Assembly: GCF_009914755.1 (NCBI RefSeq)
Contig: NC_060943.1
Strand: one strand, 5' to 3'
Source of the DNA: the human T2T-CHM13v2.0 reference genome, Homo sapiens
DNA: 64,000 nucleotides
Shown here: piece after piece, positions 22,086 to 34,301 of the stretch
Numbering within the stretch: position 1 is the stretch's first letter
Layout: each line of letters starts with the position of its first letter
The notes under the pieces: model-generated
Database searches by the model: none
The model's input: only the letters and a program-made list of their open reading frames with translations
What the model was told of the DNA's origin: nothing
Position numbers and translations under genes: made by a program

Positions 22086-22516
22086 TGTTGGAGGCAGAAG
22101 GAATGAGGGTCGTGACCAACTCATTATACCACTGGAGGCTCTATGAGCAAACCGCAAACTGTTCTCATGAAAGCAGGATGTTGGTAAACTGACAAACTGC
22201 GTCTGCCGCCAGAAGGAATGCTGGGGGCAGTCATGTCCCAGGTCCCCTGCTCCTTGAGGTTATCTACAGGAACATCTGGAACCTGCTGAACAAAGAAAGC
22301 AGTCATGTGGGCCTGTGTTAAATCAAATAGCTGACCGTCAGTTACCCTTTCCTCCCTATTCAGTCTACCTAACAAATATGAAGGGCTGTAAAAGCTCAGG
22401 GCCCTGTTCCCTAGAATCTAGGAGCCCCCTGACCCCTTCTTTCAAACAGATCCTTTTGTCTTTGTCTTCATTTCTGCCTTCGTTCTCCTTCGTTTGGTCC
22501 AGAAGCAACCGTGACA
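22086..22516 (+). mobile_element. 5' LTR (LTR3 family)
   Basis: tgttggagg...gcaaccgtgaca; direct repeat of 31255-31682; followed by the PBS. Confidence 0.93.
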
Positions 22517-22518
22517 AG

Positions 22519-22536
22519 TGGTGCCCGACCAGGGAC
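22519..22536 (+). promoter_or_regulatory. Primer binding site, tRNA-Lys(UUU)
   Basis: TGGTGCCCGACCAGGGAC matches 16/18 of the Lys3 PBS TGGCGCCCGAACAGGGAC; 2 nt after the LTR end. Confidence 0.9.
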
Positions 22537-22683
22537 CTGAACGAGGAAGGTCTGCCAGAGCAGAGAAAGTGAAACTGATCAGACGAACTACGAACCCCTG
22601 GACGGGAGAGTCTGCCGGCGGAGAATATAAGGTCAGTTCCCTGAGAAGGTATCGGGAGCGGGAGGTTTCTGAATCAGGGTAAC

Positions 22684-24297
22684 ATGGGGCAGAATCTGTC
22701 TGTTGAGGAGCAACATTATGTGCAGCTGCTTAAAGTTTTACTTAAACAATCTGGTGCTCGGGTTAGTTCTCAAACATTAAGCTTCTGCAGGAGGTTATTA
22801 CACATAACCCATGGTTTCTGCAGACAGGTACTCTTGCTGTGGAAAATTGAGACTGAGTAGGAGAAAGATTGAAACGAGCTCATCAGAAAGTTCTTAAAGT
22901 GGATCCTTCTATTTTCTCTGCTTGGGGTTTGGTCTGTACTGTCCTCCTGCCATTGTCCTCTTCTTATTCTGCCAGACAGCAGGTGCTATGTTCTGAATCT
23001 CAAAAATTGAAAGAATCTTTTGTCTCACCAGCAGCGCCCATTGAAAATGATAAACAGGAGAGGGAGGATGAGAACTGGCCTGTACTGTCCCCTCCAGTAG
23101 CAGAAATAGAGACCCCAGTACAAAAAATTCTACATGCTGTGGCCATAGCTGGCGAGCCACTAGGACCTTGCACTTTTCCTATTACCTTAAGGCCTGATCC
23201 AAATAATCCACAGCAGTTTATTCATGAACACACTCCAGTAAAATTTAAATTATTGAAAGAATTAAAAGCTAGTGTGGTTAATAATGGAATACAGAGCCCA
23301 TTTACTTTAGGATTGTTAGAATCTGTATTCAGCACTATGCGCCTCCCACCCTTGGATATAAAGCATTTAGCTTGCACTTGTTTCTCTGCTAGTGCATATT
23401 TGACATGGAATTTAAATTGGCAAGAAATGTGTGCAGACCAGGCTAGACAGAATCTCACCGCTGGACATGGGAACATTACAGAGGAAATGCTATTGGGTAG
23501 TGACTCTTATTCAGATCTGGTGCAACAATTGACACTTCCAGATGCTGCTTACCATCAGTGCGCCTGGCCGCTAAGCGTGCCTGGGCCACCATTCCTGAGA
23601 AAGGGGTCTCAATAAAATCTTTTCCGCATATCATGCAAAAATCACAGGAGCCCTTTGCACAATTTATTGCACAGTTACAACAGTCAGTGAGGCATCAGAT
23701 TCCTCATACTGCTCCTGCGAAAATGCTTACTTTGACCCTAGCTTTTGAAAATGCAAATGCAGATTGTAAATGTGCATTAGCACCCGTGAGATGTACAAAC
23801 AGCTTGGGAAATTTTCTCAAAGCCTGTCAGGATGTGGGAACTGAACTCCATCGTTCAACTGTGTTAGCTCAAGTAATAGCTAATTTAGTAGTGAACAAAT
23901 CTGAAAAGGGCCAAGGGTTGAGCCCTAAAGTGGGAAAATGTTATAATTGTGGAAAAATTGGACATTTCAAAAAAGAATACCATCAGACCTCTGGGCAGAA
24001 GGGATCTTACAATGCAATACCGCCCCCCCCTCCCCGCCCCGCTCCCCCCAACACACACACACAGAAAAAAAAACACCAGGACTTTGCCCTCGCCGTAATA
24101 AAGGAAATCATTGGGCTAATCAGTGTTGCTCAAAATTTCATCAGAATGGCACCCCGCTCTCAGGAAATGAGAATGGGGCCTGGGCCCCTCAAACAATGAG
24201 GGCATTCCCCATCCAGGCCACAACCCTGCTACAGGGGTGGGTTCCTGGAGGAACATTGACTCCCTCTCCTCTGGAACACCGGGGAGTGCAGGATTAG
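22684..24297 (+). pseudogene. gag, frameshifted
   Basis: MGQNLS myristoylation-type start; capsid MHR-like IMQKSQEPFAQFIAQL; two damaged zinc knuckles CYNCGKIGHFKKEY and CPRRNKGNHWANQC; split over ORFs 22869, 23558 and 23947. Confidence 0.88.
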
Positions 24298-25093
24298 ATC
24301 GCTCAGTCAGAGAATGGGTCACGTTAGTTGGAGGAGACAAACCCACCAGAATTCCCACAGGCATTTGGGAACCTTTGCCAACAGGATATACAGGATTAAT
24401 TTTAGGCCAAAGCCATCTGAACTTACAGGGCATTACTGTGATCCCTGGATTGTTGACTCTGATTATGAAGGAGAAATTCAAGTAATTGTAATGTCACAAG
24501 ATCTTTGGGTTTTTAAACCTGGGAAATATATTGCTCAGCTATTGCTTATTATTATTCTCTGCAAATTACACCCTTCTTCACGAAAGGAGAAAAGAGGAAA
24601 TCAAGAATTTGGGAGTACAACTACACAGGAAATTTACCTATCCCAACCCATAGCTTCTAATTGACCCACCTGTGCAGTGCAAATTAAAGGAAAGAAGTGT
24701 TGTGGGTGTATGGACACAGGAGCAGATGTTTCAGTAATATCCAAAAACAATTGGCCCCTGCTACTAACCTCTGCATCCTTAGTGGGAGTAGGAACAGCTC
24801 AAAGTGTTTAACAGAGTGCTGAAATTTTACTTTGTGTCAGTCCAGATGGACAGCCATGTACTTTTCAACCTTATGTTGCAAATATACGTGTTAATCTCTG
24901 GGGCTGAGATTTACTTACAGCATGGGATGTGAGACTTACAAATGAAAAGGTTGATAATCCAGGATTTAAAATATTGAAGGAAATGGGATATCAGAGTGGG
25001 AAAGGCTTGGGAAAGTTCCTACAGGGAAACCCCGGTCCGGTATCGGTAACTGGGCAAACAGATAGGAAAGGGCTAGGTCATCAGGATTTCTGA
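24237..25093 (+). pseudogene. pro (dUTPase-protease-G-patch), disrupted
   Basis: GSAGLD, GLILG and VDSDYEGEIQV dUTPase motifs; DTGADVSVI near 24713; KEMGYQSGKGLGK G-patch; internal stops and frameshifts. Confidence 0.87.
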
Positions 25094-28000
25094 TAGGGGT
25101 CATTGATACTTCTTCTCCACCCACTGCCTTGCTGCTAGAGTGGCTGACTGATAAACCTGTGTGGGTGGATCAATGGCCCCTATCACAGGAGAAAACTGAC
25201 TCAACTCCATCAGCTGGTAAGAAAGCAATTGGATGCAGGACATATAAAAGTATCAGTTAGTGCTTGGAATTCACCAGTATTTGTGACCCCCAAAACGTCA
25301 GGAAAATGGCAACTGCTGCATAATTTGAGAGCTGTTAATGCACAAATTAAACCAGTGGGTGCATTACAGCAAGGTCTGCCATCCCCGGCAACCATTCCAA
25401 GAGATTAGCCTCTTGTAGTAATAGATCTTAAAGACTGTTTTTTCACTATACCATTACACAAGAAGGACAAGCCTCAATTCGCCTTCTCTGTGCCTTCTAT
25501 TAATCAGAGAGAGCCTGTCTCTTGTGATCAATGAAAAGTTTTATTACCCCAGGCATGCTCAACAGTCCTACGTTATGTCAGCATTTTGTAGGAAAAGCAT
25601 TGAAGGAGCCTCGGAATATGTTTTCCACCACCTACATCATTCATTATATGGATAATATTGTTTTGGCCACTCCTACAGATCAAGTATTATACCAGTTATT
25701 CAGAGAAATAAAATGGGCTTTAACTAAATGGAATCTCAAAATAGCTCCTGAAAAGGTACAAACAACCTCCTCATACCAATACTTAGATACTACTGTTACT
25801 GAAAAAAGTATTCAGCCTCAGAAAGTAGCTCTTCGTAAGAACAAATTACAAACTCTGAATAACTTAGGGGATATTAATTGGCTGCGCCCAATGCTAGGTA
25901 TTGCTTCTTATCAACTCACTCATGTTTATCAAACCCTCCAAGGAGATTCTTCATTAGATTCCCCTCGGCAACTTACTAAGGAGGCAGAAGCTGAATTACA
26001 GCTTGTAGAAAGATGCTTCAGCAACGACATGCCTCCTGGCTACAACCACAAAAGTCTTTGGTTTTGTTTATTCTTCCTACCCCCCATTCTCCATCAGGAC
26101 TTTTAGCTCAATTCATAGACAAAACTATAATGGTAATAGAATGGCTTTTTTTATCCAGTCAAACAGTAAAATCTTTGCAAGTTTATCTTGCTTTAGTCAC
26201 ACAACTTATAACAATAGGCAGGCATAGATCAAAAATGCTTACAGGATATGATCCTGATAAAATTATTGTTACCTTGGATTCCCAACAACAGGCTGCGGCC
26301 TGGGAGATGTCCACTGCATGGCAAATCACTTTCGCAGATTTTGTAGAAATAATAGATAACCATTATCCATCAGACAAAATTTTGCAGTTTTATAAAATTC
26401 ACCCTTTTATTCCCCCTGTGATTGCTCATCACAAACCCATTTCAGGTGGACAGACCTATTTTACCGATGGCTCTTCCAAAAGCCACACAGCCATTTATGG
26501 ACCTAAATATACTTAAATAATAAAGACCCCTAGAGTTTCAGCTCAACACTCTGAATTAATGGCAGTTATTCAAGTTTTAAAGCTCACAGCTTTATTTCCT
26601 ATTAATATTGTCTGTAATTCAGCCTATGTCGTAAATGTAGCTAGTTGCATTAAAACTGCCACTATCAAGAGTGTACGGACCAGCCCCACAGGGTCGGTGG
26701 GTCTCTCCCTGTGTGCGGCGACGAGAGAGTGTAGAAATAAAGACACAAGACAAAGAGATAAAAGGCAGCTGGGCCTGGGGGACCACTACCACCAATGCGC
26801 GGAGACCGGTAGTGGCCCCGAATGTCTGGCTGCGCTCTTATTTATTGGATACAAAGCAAAAGGGGCAGGGTAAAGAGTGTGAGTCATCTCCAATGATAGG
26901 TAAGGTCACGTGGGTCATGTGTCCACTGGTCAGGGGGCCCTTCCCTGCCTGGCAGCCGAGGCAGAGAGGGAGAGGAGACAGAGAGAAAGACAGCTTACGC
27001 CATTATTTCTGCATATCAGGGACTATTAGTACTTTCACTAATTTACTACTGCTATCTAGAAGGCAGAGCCAGGTGTACAGGATGGAACATGAAGGCGGAC
27101 TAGGAGCGTGACCACTGAAGCACAGAATCACAGGGAGACGGTTAGGCCTCCGGATAACTGTGGGCGAGCCTGACTAATGTCAGGCCCTCCACAAGAGGTG
27201 GAGGAGCAGAGTCTTCTCTAACCTCCCCCAGGGAAAGGGAGACCGCCCCCCACCCTTTCCCGGTCTGCTAAGTAGCGGGTGTTGTTCCTTGACACTTTTC
27301 GCTACCGCTAGACCACGGTCTTCCCAAACGCTGGCGTCACCACTAGACCAAGGAGCCCTCTGGTGGCCCTGTCTGGGCATAACAGAAGGCTCGCACTCTT
27401 GTCTTCTGGTCACACCTCACTATGTCCCCTCAGCTCCTATCTCTGTATGGCCTGGTTTTTCCTAGGCTATGATTATAGAGCAAGGATTATTGTAATATTG
27501 GAATAAAAAGTAATTGCTACAAACTAATGATTAATGATATTCATATATAATCATATCTAAGATCTATATCTGGTATAACTATTCTTGTTTTATATTTTAT
27601 TATACTGGAACAGCCCGTGTCCTCTGTCTCTTGCTTCGGCGCCTGGATGGCTTGCCGCCCACACAAGAGCACCTTAAAACCAGAACTGCTTAACCTATTT
27701 CTGAGACTCCAAAAAGCTGTTCGCTCTCATGCTGCCCCTTTTCATATTTCTCATATCCGATCTCACACACAACTTCCTGGGGCCACTATCTCTAGGTAAT
27801 GATAGAGCAGATAAATTCATCAGTTCTATATTTCAACAAGCCCAAGCTTCCCATGCTTTACTGCATCAGAACAACTTGCCCTTACTCGTATGTTTCATCT
27901 GCCTCGCAGCCAGGCTTGAGTTATTGTGCAAGCCTGCCCCACTTGCCAGCATGTCCCTGGTGTTGCACCTGTGGAAGGATGCAACCCACGAGGCTTGGCT

Positions 28001-28800
28001 CCAAATGAAATCTGGCAGATGGATGTTACATATATATAGCAGCCTTTGGCTAACTCCGCTATGTTCATGTAATATAGACACTTACTCCCATATGTTACAT
28101 GCCACATGCCAAACTGGGGAAACAGCTGGTCATGTCTGACGATACTGTCTGTCGTCATTTGCCCATATGGGGGTCCCTAAACAATTTAAAACTGACAGTG
28201 GACTCGCTTATGTTAGTCATGCTTTCCCAATTTTTTACAATTGTGGGCAATCAATCATAAAACAGGAATTCCATACAATCCCTGAGGGCCAGGCATTATT
28301 GAGCGGGTACATCAAACACTACAACGCATGCTGAAAAAACAAAAAGGGAGAATAGGGGACCAATTACCACTTCAAACAAAATTACATTTAGCCTTGTTTA
28401 CTTTAAATTGTTTGACTCCTGGTACGGATGGCAAGACCCCAGCAGAACGACACTGGCAACTGCTAGAGGAAAAGAGGCAAGTTTATCCAAAAGTGTTATG
28501 GAAATCCCCAGAAGAAGGACAATGGAAAGGTCCGGTGGATTTGCTGACGTGGGGACGAGGGTATGCTTGTGTTTTTACAGGAGATGGACAAACCGTGTGG
28601 GTGCCCTCCAGGTGTGTGTGACCATGGAACGGGAGACCGGAGGGATCCATGGTATTCAACCGTGGGCCTGTTACCTCCAGTACGAGCCATGAGCCAGCGG
28701 AATCTGAATGCAAAGACAGAACAAGGGCCGACCGGAGTCACAATGACATCCAACCCCATAACATGGGGACAGATCAAGAAAACGACACAAGAAGCTGAGA
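25080..28800 (+). pseudogene. pol (RT-RNase H-integrase), disrupted and split by LTR13
   Basis: PGMLNSPTLCQ; YMDN in place of YMDD at 25645-25656; YFTDGSS; HIRSHTQLPG; WQMDVTH; WKGPVDLLTWGRGYACV; boundaries approximate. Confidence 0.88.
26672..27663 (-). mobile_element. Solo LTR13 (HERV-K13/HML-4 type) inserted in the RNase H region
   Basis: Minus strand starts TGTGGGCGGCAAGCCA and ends in CA; perfect 6-bp TSD CAAGAG at 26666-26671 and 27664-27669. Confidence 0.9.
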
Positions 28801-28877
28801 AACTACTGGAGCGCCAGGGTCAGGCAAAAACCCCTGACTCCATGTTCTTGGCCATGCTAGCTGTAGTGTCCTGTGCG
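28584..28877 (+). CDS. ERVK3-1: ERVK3-1 Rec-like protein, coding exon 1 (env leader; MDKPCGCPP...MLAVVSCA, 98 aa)
   Basis: Acceptor gtttttacag| at 28580, ATG at 28584, donor tgtgcg|gtatgt; TWGQIKKTTQEA aligns with HML-2 Rec TWAQLKKLTQLA. Confidence 0.82.
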
Positions 28878-29692
28878 GTATGTTTCCCCTGTGTAGAGGC
28901 AAAAACATATTGGGCATATGTTCCTAACCCACTGGTAGTACGACTGGTACTCTGGAGCGACACTCCTCCTGAGATATATTATGATCAGGGAGCGTGGGCA
29001 CCAGGACCCCTAACTCCGTCTGACACAGAGCAATAGCATCAATTACACCGGCCCATTGGAAGGACTCCCTTTATGTATCACCATGGATACGTCACTCAAC
29101 TGCAGCTGTCTTGCAGTCCAATCTCAGGCATGGTTAAGTCACCATGGAAAAATTATGTATTTATTAGGCCTCAGCTTTATTAATGTTACTGGCGTGTTCA
29201 CCAATCACTCCTAGCCCCATCACTCAAATTGTATGGATTATATGGAATGGGCTCCCTTTGATATTTCTCACCCCCCTCCTTGGACCCAGTGTCTTGGCCC
29301 CTTGGCCAGACAACAGTCTATGTTAATGGGAAACATTGACTGGGGTCCCCGTGGCCATTTAGAGGGGAGAGATGAAAATCAGACCTCTTGGCACAAACTT
29401 CACTGGCACTGGTGGTGGACCTTCAACACCTCTTCATCACATCACACTGGGATTCAGTCCCCCAGTTGGCTGCACAACTTGCTTGGTATAGGACAGGCTT
29501 TAACCCGCCCTTACCTCAGTGACGTCATCTAGGAAACAGAGGCCCAATTCAGGAATCGATATGGAAGGCAACACTCCCATTTATGAATAACAGCATCTGG
29601 GTCAGAACATTATCCAACAATAGTAATATTACTCAACACAGTTTTAATATCACCTTTGTAAAAAATATTACCACTCAATTTACGGTTTGTGG

Positions 29693-30005
29693 GTTTTTTG
29701 TTGTTGTTGTTAACTGTTTGAGATGGAGTCTCACTCTGTCGCCCAGGCTGGAGTGCAGTGGCGCAATCTCGGGTCACTGCAACCTTTGCCTCCCGGGTTC
29801 AAGCAATTGTCTGCCTCAGCCTCCCGAGTAGCTGGGATTACAGGCACCCGCCACCGTGCCAGGCTATTTTTTGTTTTTTGTATTTTTAATAGAAACGGGA
29901 TTTCACCTTCTTGGCCAGGCTGCTCTTGAATTCCTGACCTCGTGATCCACCCGCCTTGGCTTCCCAAAGTGCTGGGATTACAGGCGTGAGCCACCATGCC
30001 CGGCC
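29693..30005 (-). mobile_element. Alu inserted in env SU
   Basis: Antisense Alu with a degenerate (TTG)n tail; flanked by gtttgtg repeats. Confidence 0.9.
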
Positions 30006-30759
30006 AGTTTGTGTTTTTAATCCCTATGTTTTTCTAGCATCTAAGAAGGACCAACTCCACGTAAACATCACCCAGTTGACTTGTGACTCTTGTCAACTGT
30101 ATCACTGCCTCAATCATAGCACAATACAAACACACAACATATCCACTCTAATAATTCTGGGTCGTATCCCTGGATTATGGATCCCTGTCAATTTGTGCAA
30201 ACCTTGGGCTGCCACCCCTGCTTTACATTTTGTAAAACTCCTTCTTACCCAGCTCACTCATCGTGCACGTAAAGCCTTAAACATAGTAATTTTTACTGTA
30301 ATCTCCTTAGTCACACTAATAACCTCGGTTGTAGTGTCCTCAGTAGCACTACATAGTTCTATTCAAACAGCCCAATATGTAGAAAATTGGACATGTACAG
30401 CCAACCAGGCATGGATGCTTCAAAATAAAATTAATACCGAATTACAAACAAAGGTAGCAATGTTAAAGGCTACTGTTCTGTGGCTGGGAAAGCAGGTACA
30501 AAGTTTGCAATTGTAGCAGCAATTGCACTGTCATTTCAATCATATTCATATTTGTGTGACCAATTTGGAATAGAACCAAAGTGAATATCCATGGAACCTT
30601 GTAAAAGCTCATTTGCAGGGAGCTTTTACATCCAATATTACTTTTGATATCAGTAACTTACAGAGTAAAATTCTTAACTTGAATAAGCAAACTCAAAAAT
30701 AACAGCCCTTTTTAGAAGCTTAAACAGAATTCCAGCAGGGCTTAGAAAGCCTCAACCCT

Positions 30760-31068
<309 letters not shown>

Positions 31069-31162
31069 TCAACCCTTGGACCTACCTTAAACATAACTTC
31101 AATGTCTCTTTTATAATAATTACAAGAATAATGTTGTTATGTCTCTGTTTTTTTGCTCATAG

Positions 31163-31198
31163 TCTATAGGATCGGGTGAACCACCAACCGGCAATTGA
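31163..31198 (+). CDS. ERVK3-1: ERVK3-1 Rec-like protein, coding exon 2 (SIGSGEPPTGN-stop)
   Basis: Acceptor tgtttttttgctcatag|; in-frame join gives 109 aa; position at the env 3' end matches rec/rem second exons. Confidence 0.78.
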   Translation, partial: SIGSGEPPTGN

Positions 31199-31254
31199 AA
31201 GCTGCACAGCCTGAAATTACCTTTATTCAATTAATGCAAAAACAAAAGGGGAGA

Positions 31255-31682
31255 TGTTGGAGGCCGAAGGAATGAGGGTCGTGACCAACTCAGTATACCA
31301 CTGGAGGCTCTGTGAGCAAACAGCAAACTGTTCTCATGAAAGCAGGATGTTGGCGAACTGACAAACTCTGTCTGCCGCCAGAAGGAATGCTGGGGGCAGT
31401 CATGTCCCAGGTCCCGTGCTCCTTGAGGTTATCCACAGGAACATCCAGAACCTGTTGAACAAAGAAAGGAATCATGTGGGCCTGTGTTAAATCAAATAGC
31501 TGACCGACAGTTATCCCTTCCTCCCTATTCACTCTACCTAATAAATATGAAGGGCTGTAAAAGCTCAGGTCCCTGTTCCCTAATATCAAGGAGCCCCCTG
31601 ACCCCTTCTTTCAAACAGATCCTTTTGTCTGTCTCATTTCTGCATTCGTCGTCCTTCGTTCGGTCCAGAAGCAACCGCGACA
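31255..31682 (+). mobile_element. 3' LTR (LTR3 family) with AATAAA at 31540-31545
   Basis: Preceded by the polypurine tract aaaaggggaga; direct repeat of the 5' LTR. Confidence 0.93.
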
Positions 31683-32769
31683 GTCCTGCATGTGTTGATG
31701 CCACCTGTATGTGCAGGTGTGACCTCAGGTGTGTGAGTATCCCTCATACCCCTTATCATCACTGCCTATTCGCTCTTCCTCCAGCCTCTGGCAACCACTA
31801 ATCCACGTTATATGTCTAGATTTGCCTCTTCTGGACACTTCATATAAATGGAGTCATACAATATGTGGTTTCTTGTGTCTGGCTTTTTACCACTGAACGT
31901 TTTCAGAGTTCATCCATGTTGTAGCATGTATCAGTTTTTCATTCCTCTTTATGGCTGAATAATACTGCATTGTATGGATATACCACAGTTTGTTTACTCA
32001 TTAGTTCATAGACATTGGGGTTGTTTCCAACTCTCTGATATTATAAATGCTACTGCTGTGAAAATTCATGTACAGGTGTTTGTGTGGATGTATATTTTTA
32101 ATTTGGGAAGGGGAGGCCATGGGTGGGACCTAGGCTTGTGAAGAGCCTGGCCTGGGTGTATCTGTTTGTCCGAGGAGTGCCTGTATGCATGGCCATGACC
32201 ACACCCACTCCTTGCTGCCTGTGCTCATTAGCCATACTTCATTTTCCAGAATCCCAGGCCTGGGCCCCTGAAGTCAAAGCCAGGAGCCTAGAGCCACACT
32301 GATGTGTAGGATCAAAGAGAAGGCGGCAGTGGCCCTGGAAACAAACCTGTCTCTGCAAGAGTCACTAGCAACCTGGGACCTCTGCCCAGGACTGAGACCT
32401 CGGGTGCCCCCTACCCTGTAGCTGCTGAGGCCAAGCAATGTGGAGACAGAGAGAGGGTGAGGTGATGGAGCCTGAGGTGCCGAGTGAGGTAGATGGTGGG
32501 GTGGCAGTCACAGTGGCACAGGAGGCAGGTACAGGGCTAGATGTTTTCAGAAACCAGATATCCCTCTAAAACACACCCTGCTTCTGCTGCCTTCATTCCA
32601 CTGCCCTGCCTTCCTCAGCCTGCTCTACACCACTACCTCCTCATGGTTCTCCTGCCTCCCGTTGCCCCCTTCATCACTCTCCACTCAGCATTGGGTAGAG
32701 AGGGTCTTTTACCCCTGACTGATGAGGCCACCCCTCTCTTTAAACCCTCCATCACTGCCCAGGCCATCA

Positions 32770-33132
<363 letters not shown>

Positions 33133-34301
33133 TCAGAGAGAAAACCAAGAATGTTACAAAGGTACCTATCTAACAAGAGAAAAACATGTCCATACATTTT
33201 ATTAATAAAATCCAAAACTTTGTTAAATGTAATTCATTCCTTAATGAGCAAAAAGCTTTTCACAGGAGGTTCCATTTTATAGATAGGAAACAGACCCCAA
33301 GGGAGGTGAGCAGCCCAGAATTACAGCAGAGAGTGGTGAAGATTTGATCCTAGATCTGACAGCCTCTACCATCATACTTGCCATTCTCAGCTTAGGAATA
33401 AGATGGGGAGGAAGGTGTGGGTAATGGGCAAATCAGGGCCCAAATAGTCTGTTCAGTACTCTTGTCTCGTGGGAAGGAACAAAAGGCCCCACATCTGCCC
33501 TTCCTCCTGGGAGTCTCTGTTAGGACCTGAATTCAGTACAGCAGGAATGATCAATTTTTCTCTTTAGAGCACTCACCCACTTGACATCTCACTTTGTTCT
33601 CACATAGTCCTCATAGAGGTATCCTGTGGCTGCTGTCCTTGAAGCCTGATAGCATGGAGCTGAGGCCTCAGACTATAACAGGGCACATAATTTTCATGAA
33701 GTTCAAGAAGAGGCTGGGCTGGGCGCGGTGGCTCATGCCTGTAGTCCTAGCACTTTGGGAGGCCAAGGAGGGTAGATCACCTGAGGTCAGGAATTCGAGA
33801 CCAGCCTGGCTGACGTGGCAAAACCCTGTCTCTACTAAAAATACAAAAATTATCCTGGCATGGTGGCAGGTGCCTATAATCCCAGCTACTCGGGAGGCTG
33901 AGGCAGGAGAAGCGCTTGAATCCGGGGGGCAGAGCTTCCAATGAGCCAAGATTGCACTATTTCACCCCAGCCTGGACAAAAGAGGAAAACTACGTCTTAA
34001 AAAAAAAAAAAAAAATTAGGCTGGGACACCTTTCCTGGAAGGGCTACTTACTACAGGGGAGCTGTCTAAGGTGCTGAAATGTCCTAGCCCTGCGCTGTCC
34101 AATATGGTAGTTATGATTAAATTCAAATAAAATTACAAGTTCCATGTCCCAGTCACACCAGCTATGTTTCCAGTACTCAGGAGCTACCTGACACTGATGG
34201 TGCCATATTGGACAGCACAACTCCAGAACTTTTCCATCCTCACAGAACATTCTAGAATTTAATTTGAATGCTAGTTACACAGGGCTGTGCATTTACCAAA
34301 T

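Noticed and set aside
24021-24073. C-run, (CA)n and A-run between the gag zinc knuckles as a programmed frameshift signal
   Set aside because: More simply explained as post-insertion microsatellite slippage; it is not at the gag-pro overlap
22684-28800. Functional retroviral Gag or enzymes
   Set aside because: Multiple stops and frameshifts, YMDD changed to YMDN, damaged zinc knuckles, and an LTR13 insertion
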